64,000 nucleotides of DNA, taken from NCBI GenBank assembly GCA_964016885.1, contig CAXHJY010000739.1, forward strand, positions 1 to 64,000. The letters run 5' to 3'. Shown in pieces: positions 18,208-30,314 of this stretch (positions within the stretch are counted from its first letter, which is position 1; each line of letters begins with the position of its first letter). A program made the translations under genes and the position numbers. The stretch is from Eledone cirrhosa. Its lineage: Eukaryota. The notes beneath the pieces were generated by a model, which saw only the letters and a program-made list of their open reading frames with translations, made no database searches and had not been told where the DNA came from.

Positions 18208-18545
18208 TCATCATCATCATCATCATTTTGCATGGGTTTGACAGGTTGTCACATACTGAGGCATGACTGATCTGGTAACTACAGATCTACTGTGCTCATA
18301 CACAGTTTTGGGTTTGGTTTTCTATGGTAGGAGGCCTTTCCTATTGTCAACCACTTTATAGCAAGCACTGGGAACATTTTATTGTGTCTCTGGCATTACC
18401 ATTACAGAGTAGACTGAGTGCTTTTTGTTGTGGCACCAGCATTACTGCCTTACAGTGTTGACTGGGTGCTTTTCACCATGGCACCAGCACTACTGCCTTA
18501 CAGAGTGGACTGGGTGATTTTCACTATGGCACCAGTACACCCCGC
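18208..18545 (-). mobile_element. RTE-tailed SINE with internal ~43-bp tandem array
   Basis: (CAT)n tail and TGCATGGGTT.GAC end shared with the local RTE LINE; internal repeats GGCACCAGCACTACTGCCTTACAGAGTGGACTGGGTGCTTTT. Other copies at ~20165-20490, 20885-20970, 22555-22800, 23567-23890, 35050-35290, 39180-39420(+), 49215-49445(+) and 60710-60856. Confidence 0.75.
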
Positions 18546-19622
18546 ATTACAACACTAGAGTACTCAGTATGTCAGGCCAGGGAGATATTGATGAGATACA
18601 AAAAGATGTTTCTATAGTGTTGTCAATTGTTTCATCATTACTATGTGAATCTCACTGAGGACCTCTCGTCATGATCATCTTCAACATATCAGCAAAGACT
18701 GGCCTTCAGGTCCAAGAAATACTTCTTTCTAAAATAATGATATGATGGAAGGTTTTAATAAAAGGCTAAACATTTTAAAATGAGCAGTTTTGTATCATAA
18801 ATTGATTGGTTTCAGATGGTTTGGTATCAAAATGGTTAAAACTAAATTGAGCTGTTAATGGGATAAAAAACAGTTGAACCTCAAGCTGACTCTTTCTTGT
18901 CTTCTGTTATTTTTTTTGTTTAGAGAGTGGGACAAAATGCTTTGCAGTATTTGACTTCAAATCCTGCCCCGAGGGTCATCTTTGTCATTTATCCTTTCTA
19001 GGCTGATCGATTATTGGGTTTGTTAGATCATCGAAGAAGATTCCTTGTGATATTCATTCCAGCTCTTCCTGAAGTTCAAATCCCACAATGGTTTACTTTT
19101 GAGGTAGACTTAATCTATCATCTGATTTAACACCACTATATGGCCTTTGGGCACCTTTAGAGGAGTCCTCTCTTCTTTCAACTCTTGGTCATTACCTTAA
19201 TCCTGTTTGCCTTGAAAGAACAGAAACTACATGGTGTAGAGAGGGTATCCTATTCTAAAAACCCTGCCAAATTTTGTCTTCCAAATTTTAGCATGGTTTC
19301 TAGAGTTAGATGCCTTTCCTAATATCAACCATGTTACAGATAGTATTTTTCACTTAACAAAATGTTTTTATATCAAAATATATTGTCAGATTTTAATTTA
19401 TATTGAAACCCTTTTAAATATGTGATTTTGTTTCATAGAACCAGAGGCTGGTATAAAAAGGGTTAAACAGAGGGTAGTAACTTTTGTGTCAATTAGCATT
19501 GCCAACTTGAGTTTAGAAATAAAGGTGCCTGGTTCAAATCCAGTATTGTATCATGTTCACACTCAGGAATAAGACACTGACAAAAGGAGATCAAACCATC
19601 CAAAACAATGTTTCATTTTTAA

Positions 19623-19866
19623 CCCTTTCGATACCATATTTCTAATGTGTTTCAATTGATTTTGAAAATAATAATAAAAAATTCAGAGGAATTTAGTAAT
19701 ATAACTAATTTTCTCATTATTAAGCTGGTGTTCAGAACACAACTTAACAAACGTTCTTACCTGAAATTATTATGAAAGGTTTTAATATAAGTATGAACAC
19801 TATAACCCGTGTTGCTTTCCCCCAATAAAACTAAGGGCAGTTTCAAGCAGTTTGATATTAAAAGGG
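19623..19866. mobile_element. piggyBac-type MITE
   Basis: TTAA|CCCTTTCGATA...TATTAAAAGGG|TTAA: TTAA target duplication and CCC/GGG termini. Partial relatives end at ~18839, ~19467 and ~25096, and one starts at ~36323. Confidence 0.8.
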
Positions 19867-22142
19867 TTAAAGATCTATTAAATAGTCTAAAACATTGTAA
19901 CTGTATTAACAGTATCTCATCTTAGATATGTAGATATTTAATCAACCCAGATGTTAAGAAGATCATTGAGAGAAAACAGTGCTTTGATAGAAAGACCTAA
20001 AGTTTAAATGGTTCATTGATTCATCCTCTTCATCATCGTTTTCACATCCACTTTTCCCTGCTAGCATTAGATGGATAGGACATTTTTGAGGCAGTGTTTT
20101 ACATCTGGATACCCTTCCTCACACCATTCCTTTTAATCACTTATTACTACATGCAGAGATATGGGGTTATCATTTAATGTCTATTTTCCATGCTTGCATG
20201 GGTTGGATGGGGTGTCTCATTCTGAGTGAGATGACTACATTTTACTCATGCACACTATTTTTTAGTTTGGTTTCTACAACTGGATGTCTTTCCTAATGAC
20301 AACCACTTTACAGTGTGTACAGTGAGCAGTTTATCATGGAACCAGCACAACCACCTTACAATGTGGACTAAGTGTTTTTTGTTGTAACACCAACACTACC
20401 AATTTTCAGAGTGGTCTGAGTGTGTTTTATTGTGGCACCAATGTGACATTTCACAGAGTAGGCTGGGTGTATTTTATTGGGTCACCAGTACCTATTATAA
20501 ATGGGATAAACTCTGCTAAACATATCCAAGGGCTGCATTTTTCTGTCTCTAAAGGCTTATATGCACAACTTGGTCAACTATTTTTCATAGTTAAAAACTT
20601 TGTTGAAACAAGAACTTTAAGCTAATATACATTCAAAATTCATAATTTGCTCAATGCTCCTCAAAATACAATTGTTTATTTACATACTGGCCTATAGATG
20701 AAAAAATGTGTCAGTTTGCTTTGGTGTAATTGGTGGTACAGCTGTACAGCTTACTGCAAGAGTGAGTTTGTTTCACAGGCGATGCTGTCTACTTTTCAGT
20801 CAAAAACCAGCGTTGAAGCAGTTAACTTTAAGCTGTCACATACATATATATTTCTATGTGTGTTGTACTTTTCCTATTTTGGTAAGGTTTTATTGACTGG
20901 ATGCCTTTCCTATCACCAACCATTTTACAGCATGGACTGGGTGTATTATTCCTGCCACCAGCACTAGAGAGGTTGTCTGACCAGACTGAAGAGTCCTCTC
21001 TACCCTGTAACAGTTTTTATTCTGAGTGGCTGCTGTCCTAGACAGGTTGCCTACATTACAGCTTACGGAGCCCACGTCTACTCCATGCAGTTGTATTTTC
21101 TTCAAAGTCACTGCCCTCCTAGATGGGCTCCTTTCTGCATGGTTTATTTCTAAACTAAACAGAATCATATATGTGTGTTTTGAACAATAAAAAAAACAAA
21201 GATTTTTAATTATTTCACACATACACACACTAAATTGATACATATACTGAGAGAGAGGGAAAATTGACCCCTGAATTGGACTGGTGCTTTATTTATAGAC
21301 CTCAAAAGGATGAAAGGCAAAATATAGGTCTGGTAGTATGTGTCATAACCCTACATATCAGAGTAGCTGTTTAGAGAATCTGGCAGAACAGACTCTGCTA
21401 TGCCAAAATCCAAGATGATATGCAGTAACTTGAAGGAATATCCATTCAGTTAAGTCATTGTTTCAGGTTATTCCTCTGATTGCTCAGCCAATGATATATG
21501 TTTCACAAAATTTTACTTTTAGGATACTTCTGTTCTCTATTTTTATTGAGATATACTTGTGTGTCTTAAGAGTCAATTAAAAGGGTTGTAAAACATTGTC
21601 TCAAACCATCCTGTCTAACCCATGCCAGCATGGAAAAGTGAACGAAACAATGATGCAGATCATGATGAGCTTGTCAGCACCTGTAAAAGTGAGTCACATC
21701 TTGTGGGTGAAGATCACATGCTATTTAACCAGTAAGATCAACAGGTTTAAATGACTTTGCAGCGACTAATTAAACAGAGAATTTGTCACAGTAGATCACT
21801 GGAATGTCACGTTTCAACCAACAAAGTTCAAAGCAATGCTTCTACCATAGAAAAAATTAATCCATCAAATCTTGAACTGCATTTTAACACTTTCAACATG
21901 CTGACCTAGTATTCCAGTAACAATAATATTTGAGTGTATTCCACCATCCCACTATTCCATTCTGCCATACACTTCTGTATATTAAATTTTAGACTGCTTT
22001 CTACATAAATCAGCAATCATTTAAGTCATCGCTTTATCCTGGGTTTGTATATATAATTTTTTTGAGAATTTTTATTTAGATTTAATTGCTGAATATCATT
22101 CAATGATTTTCATGCAATTAAATCTAAATTTGGGGTTATAAA

Positions 22143-22260
22143 AGCATGTGGCCTAGTGGTTAGGGTGTTGGACTCATGATCGTAAGTTTTTCAGTTCAGG
22201 TCCTGGACCGGGCAGCATATTGTGTTTTTTGAGTAAGACACTTCATTTCACATTGCTTTT
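22143..22260 (+). mobile_element. tRNA-derived SINE head (not a tRNA gene)
   Basis: A box TGGCCTAGTGG and degenerate B box GTTCAGGTCC, followed by SINE-type body TTGTGT..TTGAGTAAGACACTT; no complete acceptor stem. Confidence 0.7.
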
Positions 22261-22814
22261 CGTTATATAACTGAGGCCGTTATCATTAAAGCATCCGAGA
22301 AACCTTCTATGAAATGCAAGGAGGCCAGCTAAACCTGAATAGGTGTAAGCTGTAATTTTTGTTTTTACATTTATACATTCAGAGTTGGAAACCACACACA
22401 TAGTAGGGGTGGAGTCAATGTTCAGAAGCTTAAGAACTGTAAACTGGCTATTAATTTGGTACTTGAAATTTTGGTTATTACCATAGTTAGCAAACTAATG
22501 TGTGAAAGACATGTCACTAACAGAGCTGCACAGAATCTTGCAAAACTACAGAAAACATCAATATCACTGTTTAACATCTATTTTCCATGCTTGCATGGCT
22601 TATCACATACTGAAGCTAGACAGGTCAGATGACTACATCATGTTCATATGCTCCATGTTTTTGCTGTTTCCACTACTTGGTGCCCATCATAACACCAACC
22701 ACTTTATGGTATGTACTAGGAGCATAGGAGCATTTTTTTAATGACCCCAGCACTACTGCATTACAAACTGGCCTGGATCCTTTCATGGCACCAGCACTAC
22801 TAAGTCTTTTCCAG

Positions 22815-23560
22815 TACAGTATTAATGTGCATGAACGACGAAGTATGGATGAGCTAAGAGAGAATCTGGTATAAGGGGAATCAGATGCAGTGTGCAGGAA
22901 AAACTTCACTGGTGTGAACATGTGATGTGTGTGGATGATGATTGTTTGGTGAAGAAGTGCCAAGAAAACTGCTGTAGGAGACCAAGGAAGACTTGGCAAG
23001 AGTTTGTGAGAGTTGGTGTCAAGTTGCTGAAGCTCACAGAGGAGATGTCAAAGGATCAGGAGTAGACAGATGCTGTGCTGGAAAATACCTGTCCAACCCA
23101 TGCAAGCATGGAAGAGCAGATGTAAATTTGTGATGATGATGATATCTCTTCACTTGTTGCTATAGCTTAAAGATCACCTTAGTAAAGTTCAGCCTCTTGA
23201 GATAAACCTTCCATACATCTTCCCATGTTCTTCTGTCTATGGCTTCTTAACACTTCTTTACTTAGCTGTTAACTTCCATCATTACATGTCCATATCAATG
23301 CAGTCGTCTCTCTTACACACTGCATCTGATTCCTCTTATACCTACTAGTTCTTGCACTTCATCTATGTTCTTCTATTGTTCAGGCACAGTAACATTAGAC
23401 ATCCAGAGAACATGCTCCACACAAATATTTCCACCTTTTACACATGCTCTCCATTCAATACCCATGTTTTGCTACCAGGCAATATTACACTTCATAAACA
23501 AATGCCTGATACAATCTGCTTGTCACTCACAGAGTGAATAATTTTGTTGCCAGTAGAAGT
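22815..23560. mobile_element. Two RTE LINE 3' fragments, tail to tail (22815-23140 +, 23150-23560 -)
   Basis: GHVM...WVKKC and GRPRKTW-like motifs and a (GAT)n tail on +; the same region in reverse downstream. Confidence 0.7.
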
Positions 23561-24244
23561 AATAAGTCATCATTATCATTATCATCATCATCATCTTATG
23601 TCTATTTTTTTATGCTTGCATGGGTTTGACAGGTTGTCACATTCTTAGGCCAGACATGTCAGATGACTGCACCTTGCTCATACATGGTTCCTGTGGCAGG
23701 ATGCCCTTCCTAATGCCAACCACGTCACTGTGTGTACTAGATGTGTTTTATCATGTCACTGCCACTACCACCTGTCAGGGTGGGTGAGTACTTTTATTGT
23801 AGCATCAGAACTACAATTTTACTCTGGGTGCATTTATAGTGGCACCAACATTGCCAATTTACAGTGTGGGCTGAGTGCATTTCAATAAAACCATATACTC
23901 ATTAAGTCTCTGAACATATTCTATTTTTGTCTTCTAGGTAACAGACACTGTCGGCTACTTTTAGGGAGCCTTCCATCATTTATGAGATTTCTTTTTCATG
24001 AGTACTCTTAGTGCATATACCGTCTTTGGTTCTGCTGCATACATCGTCTTTCTTCTCACTGCATCTCTTGTATACCCATAGTTTACATTGGGTACACAAT
24101 ACAGAGTTCTACTAATTTTCTTGCATGTTGCATTGCCATTTTCCTGCTGTCAGTTGTTGCGTCCTATCTTCTTTGCTGCTAACAAATTTTTGATTTTGCT
24201 ACATATTCTTTTACTTTTTCATGACCATATTTCTAATGAAATAC

Positions 24245-24572
24245 ATCATCATCATCATACGTCCGCTTTTCCCTGCTTGCAAAGGTGGGACGAGTCTTAT
24301 TCAGCACTTGTCATGGTCCTTTGTCATCTCCTCAGTGAGCTTCAGCGATCTGAGGTGTGCTCTAACCACTTCCGCCCATGTTTTTCGTGGTCTTCCTCTA
24401 CTGCGTCTTCTTTCTACTGGGATTTCTTGGCACTTCTTTACCCAGTGGTCATCCTCCATGCGCATCACATGTCCATACCATCGCAGTCTTCTCTCTCGCA
24501 CACTACAACTTATTCCTCTTATACACAGTTTCTCTCTCAACTCATCTATGATTGGTCATCCATGCACATCCA
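24245..24572 (-). mobile_element. RTE LINE 3' end
   Basis: ORF 24301-24540: RERRLRWYGHVMRMEDDHWVKKC...RGRPRKTW, the RTE ORF C-terminal signature, plus a (GAT)n tail. Confidence 0.9.
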
Positions 24573-25099
24573 ATACACTCTATTTCCATTAATGAAGAAT
24601 TTTGAGGGATTTACTAAAATAAAATCATTAATTATTCCATTACTATGATAGTAGTTTCACATATGGTTATTCCCGGGCACTGCCACCCATTACCAGAGGA
24701 GAGGATGATAGCCAAATATAAAACTTCGCCAACTACTTTCTTTTCATGCCAGCCAATGTCAAGACCTCTGGTACCCTGAACTACCATTTTCCTCAGCAAA
24801 ATTGGGAGGAATACATGCTGCCTGAAGAAAGAGCTCCATGGGGTGGAGTGGTTGAGTCTTCAGGTGTTGCTGGCTATTCTTCATTGCAATGCCTTCACCA
24901 ATTAACCGTGTGATACAGCTGAGAAATACCTCCTAGACTGGAGTATAGAGTTTGCCACTCCCTTGCCCTTTTCCTTTACTTTTCTATTTAATTTTTTTTC
25001 TGTCTTTTTCTTATATAAAATTATGTTGGAACCTTTCAAAATGGGTGTTTCATAGAACCAGAGCCAATTTTAACCAGATTGATGTCAAAAGAGTTAAGA

Positions 25100-25275
25100 C
25101 CTCTTGAATCTAGGCCTTGCTTCCACATTTGGACTCTACTGTAATTCTTCAATAGATTCAGCTATGAGAACTAGGTCATCAAAATACAAAAGTCCTCGCA
25201 GACAACAGGCCTTGAACTTTTTTGTTATAACCTGGAAAACTATAATAAACAGGATGGAATTAAAAATCAAGCCTT
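25100..25275 (-). mobile_element. RTE RT fragment
   Basis: QGLIFNSILFIIV...LLYFDDLVLIAESIEEL, a degenerate QG and YADD region. Confidence 0.75.
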
Positions 25276-25304
25276 GATATATGTGTGTATGTACATATCT
25301 ATAT

Positions 25305-25336
<32 letters not shown>

Positions 25337-26194
25337 GCATATAACTGCGTGTGTGTATATTACACTATCATCATCAGATATTTTACCATTTTTTTTAATC
25401 CTCTGTGTAGTATGAGTCAGGTCATTCAATTAAACCTTTATGATTAACCTCTTTTATTTGGTGTAATTTCATGTTACTTTAGCAATTAAAGATGTTTTAA
25501 TTAAGTCAATTCTTAATCATTGTTTCTTCTTTTCTCTTTTTTCTTCTTCTTGCAGGTCTCTCTGTTGATAAAAATTTCACATTTGCAAATTCCTACCTGT
25601 GCAAACATTTGGAGATAATTCATAAGATTTTAACTCATGGTCTGACTGTATAAGTTTCCAAGTTGGACAAATCCTTGAAGAATTTACATCACATGGTGAT
25701 CTTTGAATAAACCCTTGTACTCTTGAGACTTTGGAAGTTGGAAGTAGGGGTAGCCAGGAGATACTTACTAAATCCCCCAAAACACACAAAAAAACACTAA
25801 AAGACACTGAAAAATAAACACAAACTTCTCAAACTGACTTCTTCAAAATGGTATCACTGGGTTGACAAAATCCTCTACAGATAATATGTACATGTAATTA
25901 ATTAATGAATGTGTGTGTGTGTATGAGTGAGTGAGTGTGTGTGTATTTGTTTGCATGTGTGAATTTGAATATGTGTGTGTTAATGTCATAAAATCTGACC
26001 ATTTAGTTCTTTAGTTTATTTCAGCCTCGATGGACAAGGCCATGCTGGGGCAAAGTAATTCTTTCAGTGAAACTTGTTAATAACAAATGCTAGACTTGGC
26101 AGGGAGGCTTCTTCATTTTTTTATCTTATCAGACTAAACTTGTTCTGTACTGAAACAAACCTCCCCACACCCACATACACGCTAAACATTAGTC

Positions 26195-28159
26195 ATGTAT
26201 TCAGTACAGTCTGTGTACACCCCAATGGGGAAACAGTTTTTTGGAACTTTTGATTTTAATGGAGGTAAAAGTTACCCTCCAACCTCAGAGCCTGAGACAG
26301 AGAGCCCACCTACCAGTACTCCATCAACCAATACTGGGATCACATCATCAAGTAACACTGGAATTACTAACAGTATAAGTTTTATGAACAATTCCTACCA
26401 ACATCATCACAGACAGATGTCCATACAACATAGTTTGGCCCACAAGAAACCATATCGATGTGATATTTGTCGAAAAGGATTTTCAAGAATGGCTAATTTA
26501 ACGAACCATGAACGTGCATCAGCTGCAGGTTTGACTCAAACGCATTTCAGTTGTGAATATTGTACAAAGGCTTTCAGCCAACGGGATTACTTACGGATAC
26601 ATGAACGTGTTCACACAGGGGAGAAACCTTTCAAGTGTTCTATGTGTGAACGCTCTTTCAGCCATCAAACCATTCTACAGAATCATGAACGAGTCCATAC
26701 TGGAGCCAAGCCATACAACTGTACAATTTGTTCCAAGACGTTTGCACATCAAACTACTCTTGTTAACCACCAACGTATTCATACTGGTGAAAAACCATAT
26801 CGGTGTTCGATCTGCAGTAAAAATTTTGCTCATCAGACTACGCTTATAAACCATGCGAGAACACACACAGGAGAGAAGCCTTTCAAGTGTTCGATATGTA
26901 TGAAAGCTTTTGCTCACCAAACAACGCTGATTAATCACCAACGTATCCACACTGGTGAAAAAACTTACCATTGTCCAACTTGTCTGAAGACGTTTGCTCA
27001 CCAAACCACTCTTATTAACCATCAGCGTGTCCACACTGGTGAAAAACCTTATAAGTGTTCAGTTTGTGACAAAATTTTTTCTCATCAGACAACACTGACA
27101 ATTCATGAACGGATTCACACTGGAGAACGCCTCTACAAGTGTTCACAGTGTGACAAAAGCTTCACACATCAAACCACTCTGAAAAACCACGAGCAGTGCC
27201 ATTCAACTGAGAAGGCTTATAAATGTTCGATTTGCATGAAATCATTTGCTCATCAAACATCTCTGTTGAATCACGAACGTGTTCACACAGGGGAAAAACC
27301 TTATCATTGTACGACATGCTTGAAGACATTTGCCCATCAAACCACACTAAAGAACCATGAACGGACACATACTGGAGAGAAACCATTTACATGTTCAATA
27401 TGTCAGAAGTCCTTCACACATCAAACTACCTTGCTGAATCACGAGAAGACCCACGTTGGAGAAGTGGTTGTTCCACCGGTATCGATGTCAGAGAATGCTG
27501 GCGGAATGGTATCTCGCACTACTGTATCATCACCAAACATATTCCACTGCACTATTTGTAGGAAATCCTTCTCACATCAAGCAGATTTGAAAAGCCACGA
27601 ACGGACTCATGTCTCGTCTGTTGGCAACAGTAATAATAACGAAAAGCTATACAACTATGATGGCACTTCTTCCAGTAGCATCCAACCTCCCTCTGGGTCT
27701 TCTGTTTCACCTGGTACAGGTGGTGCTGGAGGTAGTAGCAGTGCAACTGGAGACAAGACATACTCTTCAACTTCATTGTCTCAACATGACTCAGACACCC
27801 CACCTACCACAAGCCTCAACTCCAAGTCCAGCTCACATTCATCTCACAATCGAGGCAGCAGCAGCAACAACTCCTCTGCCTCTTCTAATAGTGCGGACAA
27901 ACACCACAGAGACCCCAATAGCCATCCATCATCTTCCCTTTCTCCGCGATCAAGCGGATCTCATCAGCAGACTCAATCCCATTTAAACCCCAACACACCA
28001 ATGCAGATGTCATCCTCTTACATCCATCAAATGTCATCCCACTGGGACAACAGCTACAGTTGGCCCAGAGGTTTTCCAGTGTCTTCGGGATGGAGCCCTA
28101 CATGGCCTAAACCCCCAAATCCTATACCTACATCAGTACGACAGAAAGAATTGACTTAA
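26195..28159 (+). CDS. C2H2 (Krueppel-type) zinc-finger protein, 654 aa, 13 fingers, Ser/His-rich disordered C-terminus
   Basis: Uninterrupted 1965-bp ORF. It has one degenerate finger (CDIC...HERAS), 11 contiguous CxxC-x12-HxxxH fingers with TGEKP-type linkers, one isolated finger (CTIC...HERTH), an S/T/P-rich N-terminus and an S/G/H/N-rich tail. Confidence 0.96.
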   Translation: MYSVQSVYTPMGKQFFGTFDFNGGKSYPPTSEPETESPPTSTPSTNTGITSSSNTGITNSISFMNNSYQHHHRQMSIQHSLAHKKPYRCDICRKGFSRMANLTNHERASAAGLTQTHFSCEYCTKAFSQRDYLRIHERVHTGEKPFKCSMCERSFSHQTILQNHERVHTGAKPYNCTICSKTFAHQTTLVNHQRIHTGEKPYRCSICSKNFAHQTTLINHARTHTGEKPFKCSICMKAFAHQTTLINHQRIHTGEKTYHCPTCLKTFAHQTTLINHQRVHTGEKPYKCSVCDKIFSHQTTLTIHERIHTGERLYKCSQCDKSFTHQTTLKNHEQCHSTEKAYKCSICMKSFAHQTSLLNHERVHTGEKPYHCTTCLKTFAHQTTLKNHERTHTGEKPFTCSICQKSFTHQTTLLNHEKTHVGEVVVPPVSMSENAGGMVSRTTVSSPNIFHCTICRKSFSHQADLKSHERTHVSSVGNSNNNEKLYNYDGTSSSSIQPPSGSSVSPGTGGAGGSSSATGDKTYSSTSLSQHDSDTPPTTSLNSKSSSHSSHNRGSSSNNSSASSNSADKHHRDPNSHPSSSLSPRSSGSHQQTQSHLNPNTPMQMSSSYIHQMSSHWDNSYSWPRGFPVSSGWSPTWPKPPNPIPTSVRQKELT

Positions 28160-30314
28160 ACATTTGGTTTCACTTTCAAACCACAAAAATCTCATTGGAA
28201 TAGATATTGAGTCCTGTAGTTTATAAAATTCTCTTTTCACTTCAAACTATCTCTACATCCCAAAGAGATGTACTTAAACAGTTTCTTTCTATGATTTTTC
28301 TTTTAAATCACAAATGACATCAAGTCAAATACATACAGTGACACTTTCTTTCTCCTCATTTCTGTCATCCATTTCATTACAATGTTTTGTAAGAAACTCA
28401 ATTATCTCCAAATAGGTTGTTACTCTTAATATATTCCAGGGCCTCTTTCATCTCTCTCTCTCGCTCTCTCTCTCTCTCTCACACTTGTTTCTACAGGAAG
28501 CAATTCTTCTTTTCTTTTCTCACTAAATATTTAAAATTTCTATATTTAGTGGAAAAGGTTTCATTTCTTATTTGAACCCAAATTGATCAGCACATTTATA
28601 TAATACAACCTTTATGACAGCTGAGTAACATTCTCAACACATCTGTTGCAGCTATGTCACATTACTAGAAATTTGGTTAAAAAAGCAGTTATGGAAATAA
28701 CGACAACCTAGAAATATGAATTAGTGTGGCTAATTATTATATATATGTTTTTTTTTTTTTTTCAATCGTAGTTGTATGTGATGGCCATCTTACAGTTTTA
28801 TTTAAAGATGCCGGTGAAAGTATGAATTGATCAACAACAGCAGGATATCATAGGCATTTTTGCAGTCTTATAAAGCAAGTTTCTATTTTTTTAGAAACTG
28901 TTTTTTTTTTCCAATCTATTTTAAGCTTTATATATGCAAAATGTTATCTATCTGGTGTTCTGGGTAAAAAAAATACCTAGCTGTGTAGAGAGTTGATCTT
29001 GTTGGAAAGTGTAATGCAACACTTCCAAAATAATGCATATATGAATGGTGTGAAGCAAACCAAAACATTTTAATTCTTCAATGAAAACAACAAAAAAGTA
29101 TTGATTCCATCAGCCCTGTAATATTCAACAACAAAATAGCTATTTTGATTAAAGTAATTGGGGTGTATCAACAACAATCTGGATGATGTGGGGAGGCAAT
29201 ATTTTTGTAGGAATCAAGGTGGATCAACAACACATACTGATTATGTGTGAAGGCAGTATTACTTTTTTGGTGGGTGGGCGACGTGTTGTGCAACAAATTC
29301 TCTCTTGTCTTTATGTCAGTCTTACAATAATTAAAACAGTCATTGACCTTTTCTAACCCCTTAACCCCACCCATCACATCTTAACTGCCATCTGATCATT
29401 TGTATACTACTACAGTTTATTTATATACCTTATCTATATGTAACACCTCTCTCTTGTGCATACATTCATGCAGTGTACATATATACATACATATGGGTGT
29501 ATGTTATGTAGGTAACAGCTCCTTATTGTCATGTGTCTGGTTATTGGTGCAAACATCACAAACTAAACAATAGATATTTTAATAATTTTTCTATTATTTG
29601 AGATAATCATTTTTTTCTTTGATGGTGTCTCATTGCTTCCTTGGAGAAATTGTCCATTTTAAAATTGAAATTGCATCCAATTGGCATCATTATGGTTCGA
29701 TCTAGTGTGGACTTCCCAGTGACAGAGATGTGTGGCAAGACTTATGAGTGAACTAGAACAGATGAAAACACTGTGTCAAAGTGGTGATTTGAAATCAGAG
29801 TCCTATCCCCACACTCCCTTCCCATAACTGCCATTTTAAATCACTAACCAACCCATCTATTGCTAATAGCTTGTATGTGGAAATATTTAAATGGTAGCTT
29901 GTCTTTCCCTAATCATTGTAACAGAAATAGAAATTGGTAAAGGTTTCCTTGATTTCATTAAGTTCGTTTCATCAGACAAAGGAAAACAAAAGGAAATCTT
30001 GCAAAAGTGTTATTTCTATGTCAGTACCACCATTTTGGGGTTTCAAATTTATTCCATCCTGTTGTTTACTAGTTTGATCAGTGTGTACTGCATCTTACCC
30101 AGTTCTCTTCCCACTTAGTCATTTCAATTCTTCAGTCGGTTCAGCAGCAGATTTTGAATTGTTTTCATTCTACAAAAGACTGCATATATATATGAAATCT
30201 ATATGTATGTGTGTGTGAGTGTAGGTGGATTGATGGATGTGTGTATGTACTGCATGTAATCACTTAACTATATATTTTTTATATCACACACACACATATA
30301 TGTATATGTATAAC

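Larger units (their letters stand above)
13447..25555 (+). other. Putative ~12-kb 5'UTR intron of the + strand ZnF gene
   Basis: Donor AAT|GTAAGT at 13447 (alternative perfect CAG|GTAAGT at 13858). Strong acceptor: ~30-nt polypyrimidine tract plus TGCAG ending at 25555. The acceptor is well supported; the donor pairing is inferred. Confidence 0.45.

Noticed and set aside
22143-22220. tRNA gene
   Set aside because: A and B boxes are present, but the cloverleaf is incomplete and it continues into a SINE body.
26553-27986. Alternative-frame and antisense ORFs overlapping the ZnF CDS (also 51625-52806)
   Set aside because: Shadow ORFs of repetitive coding sequence with no independent features.
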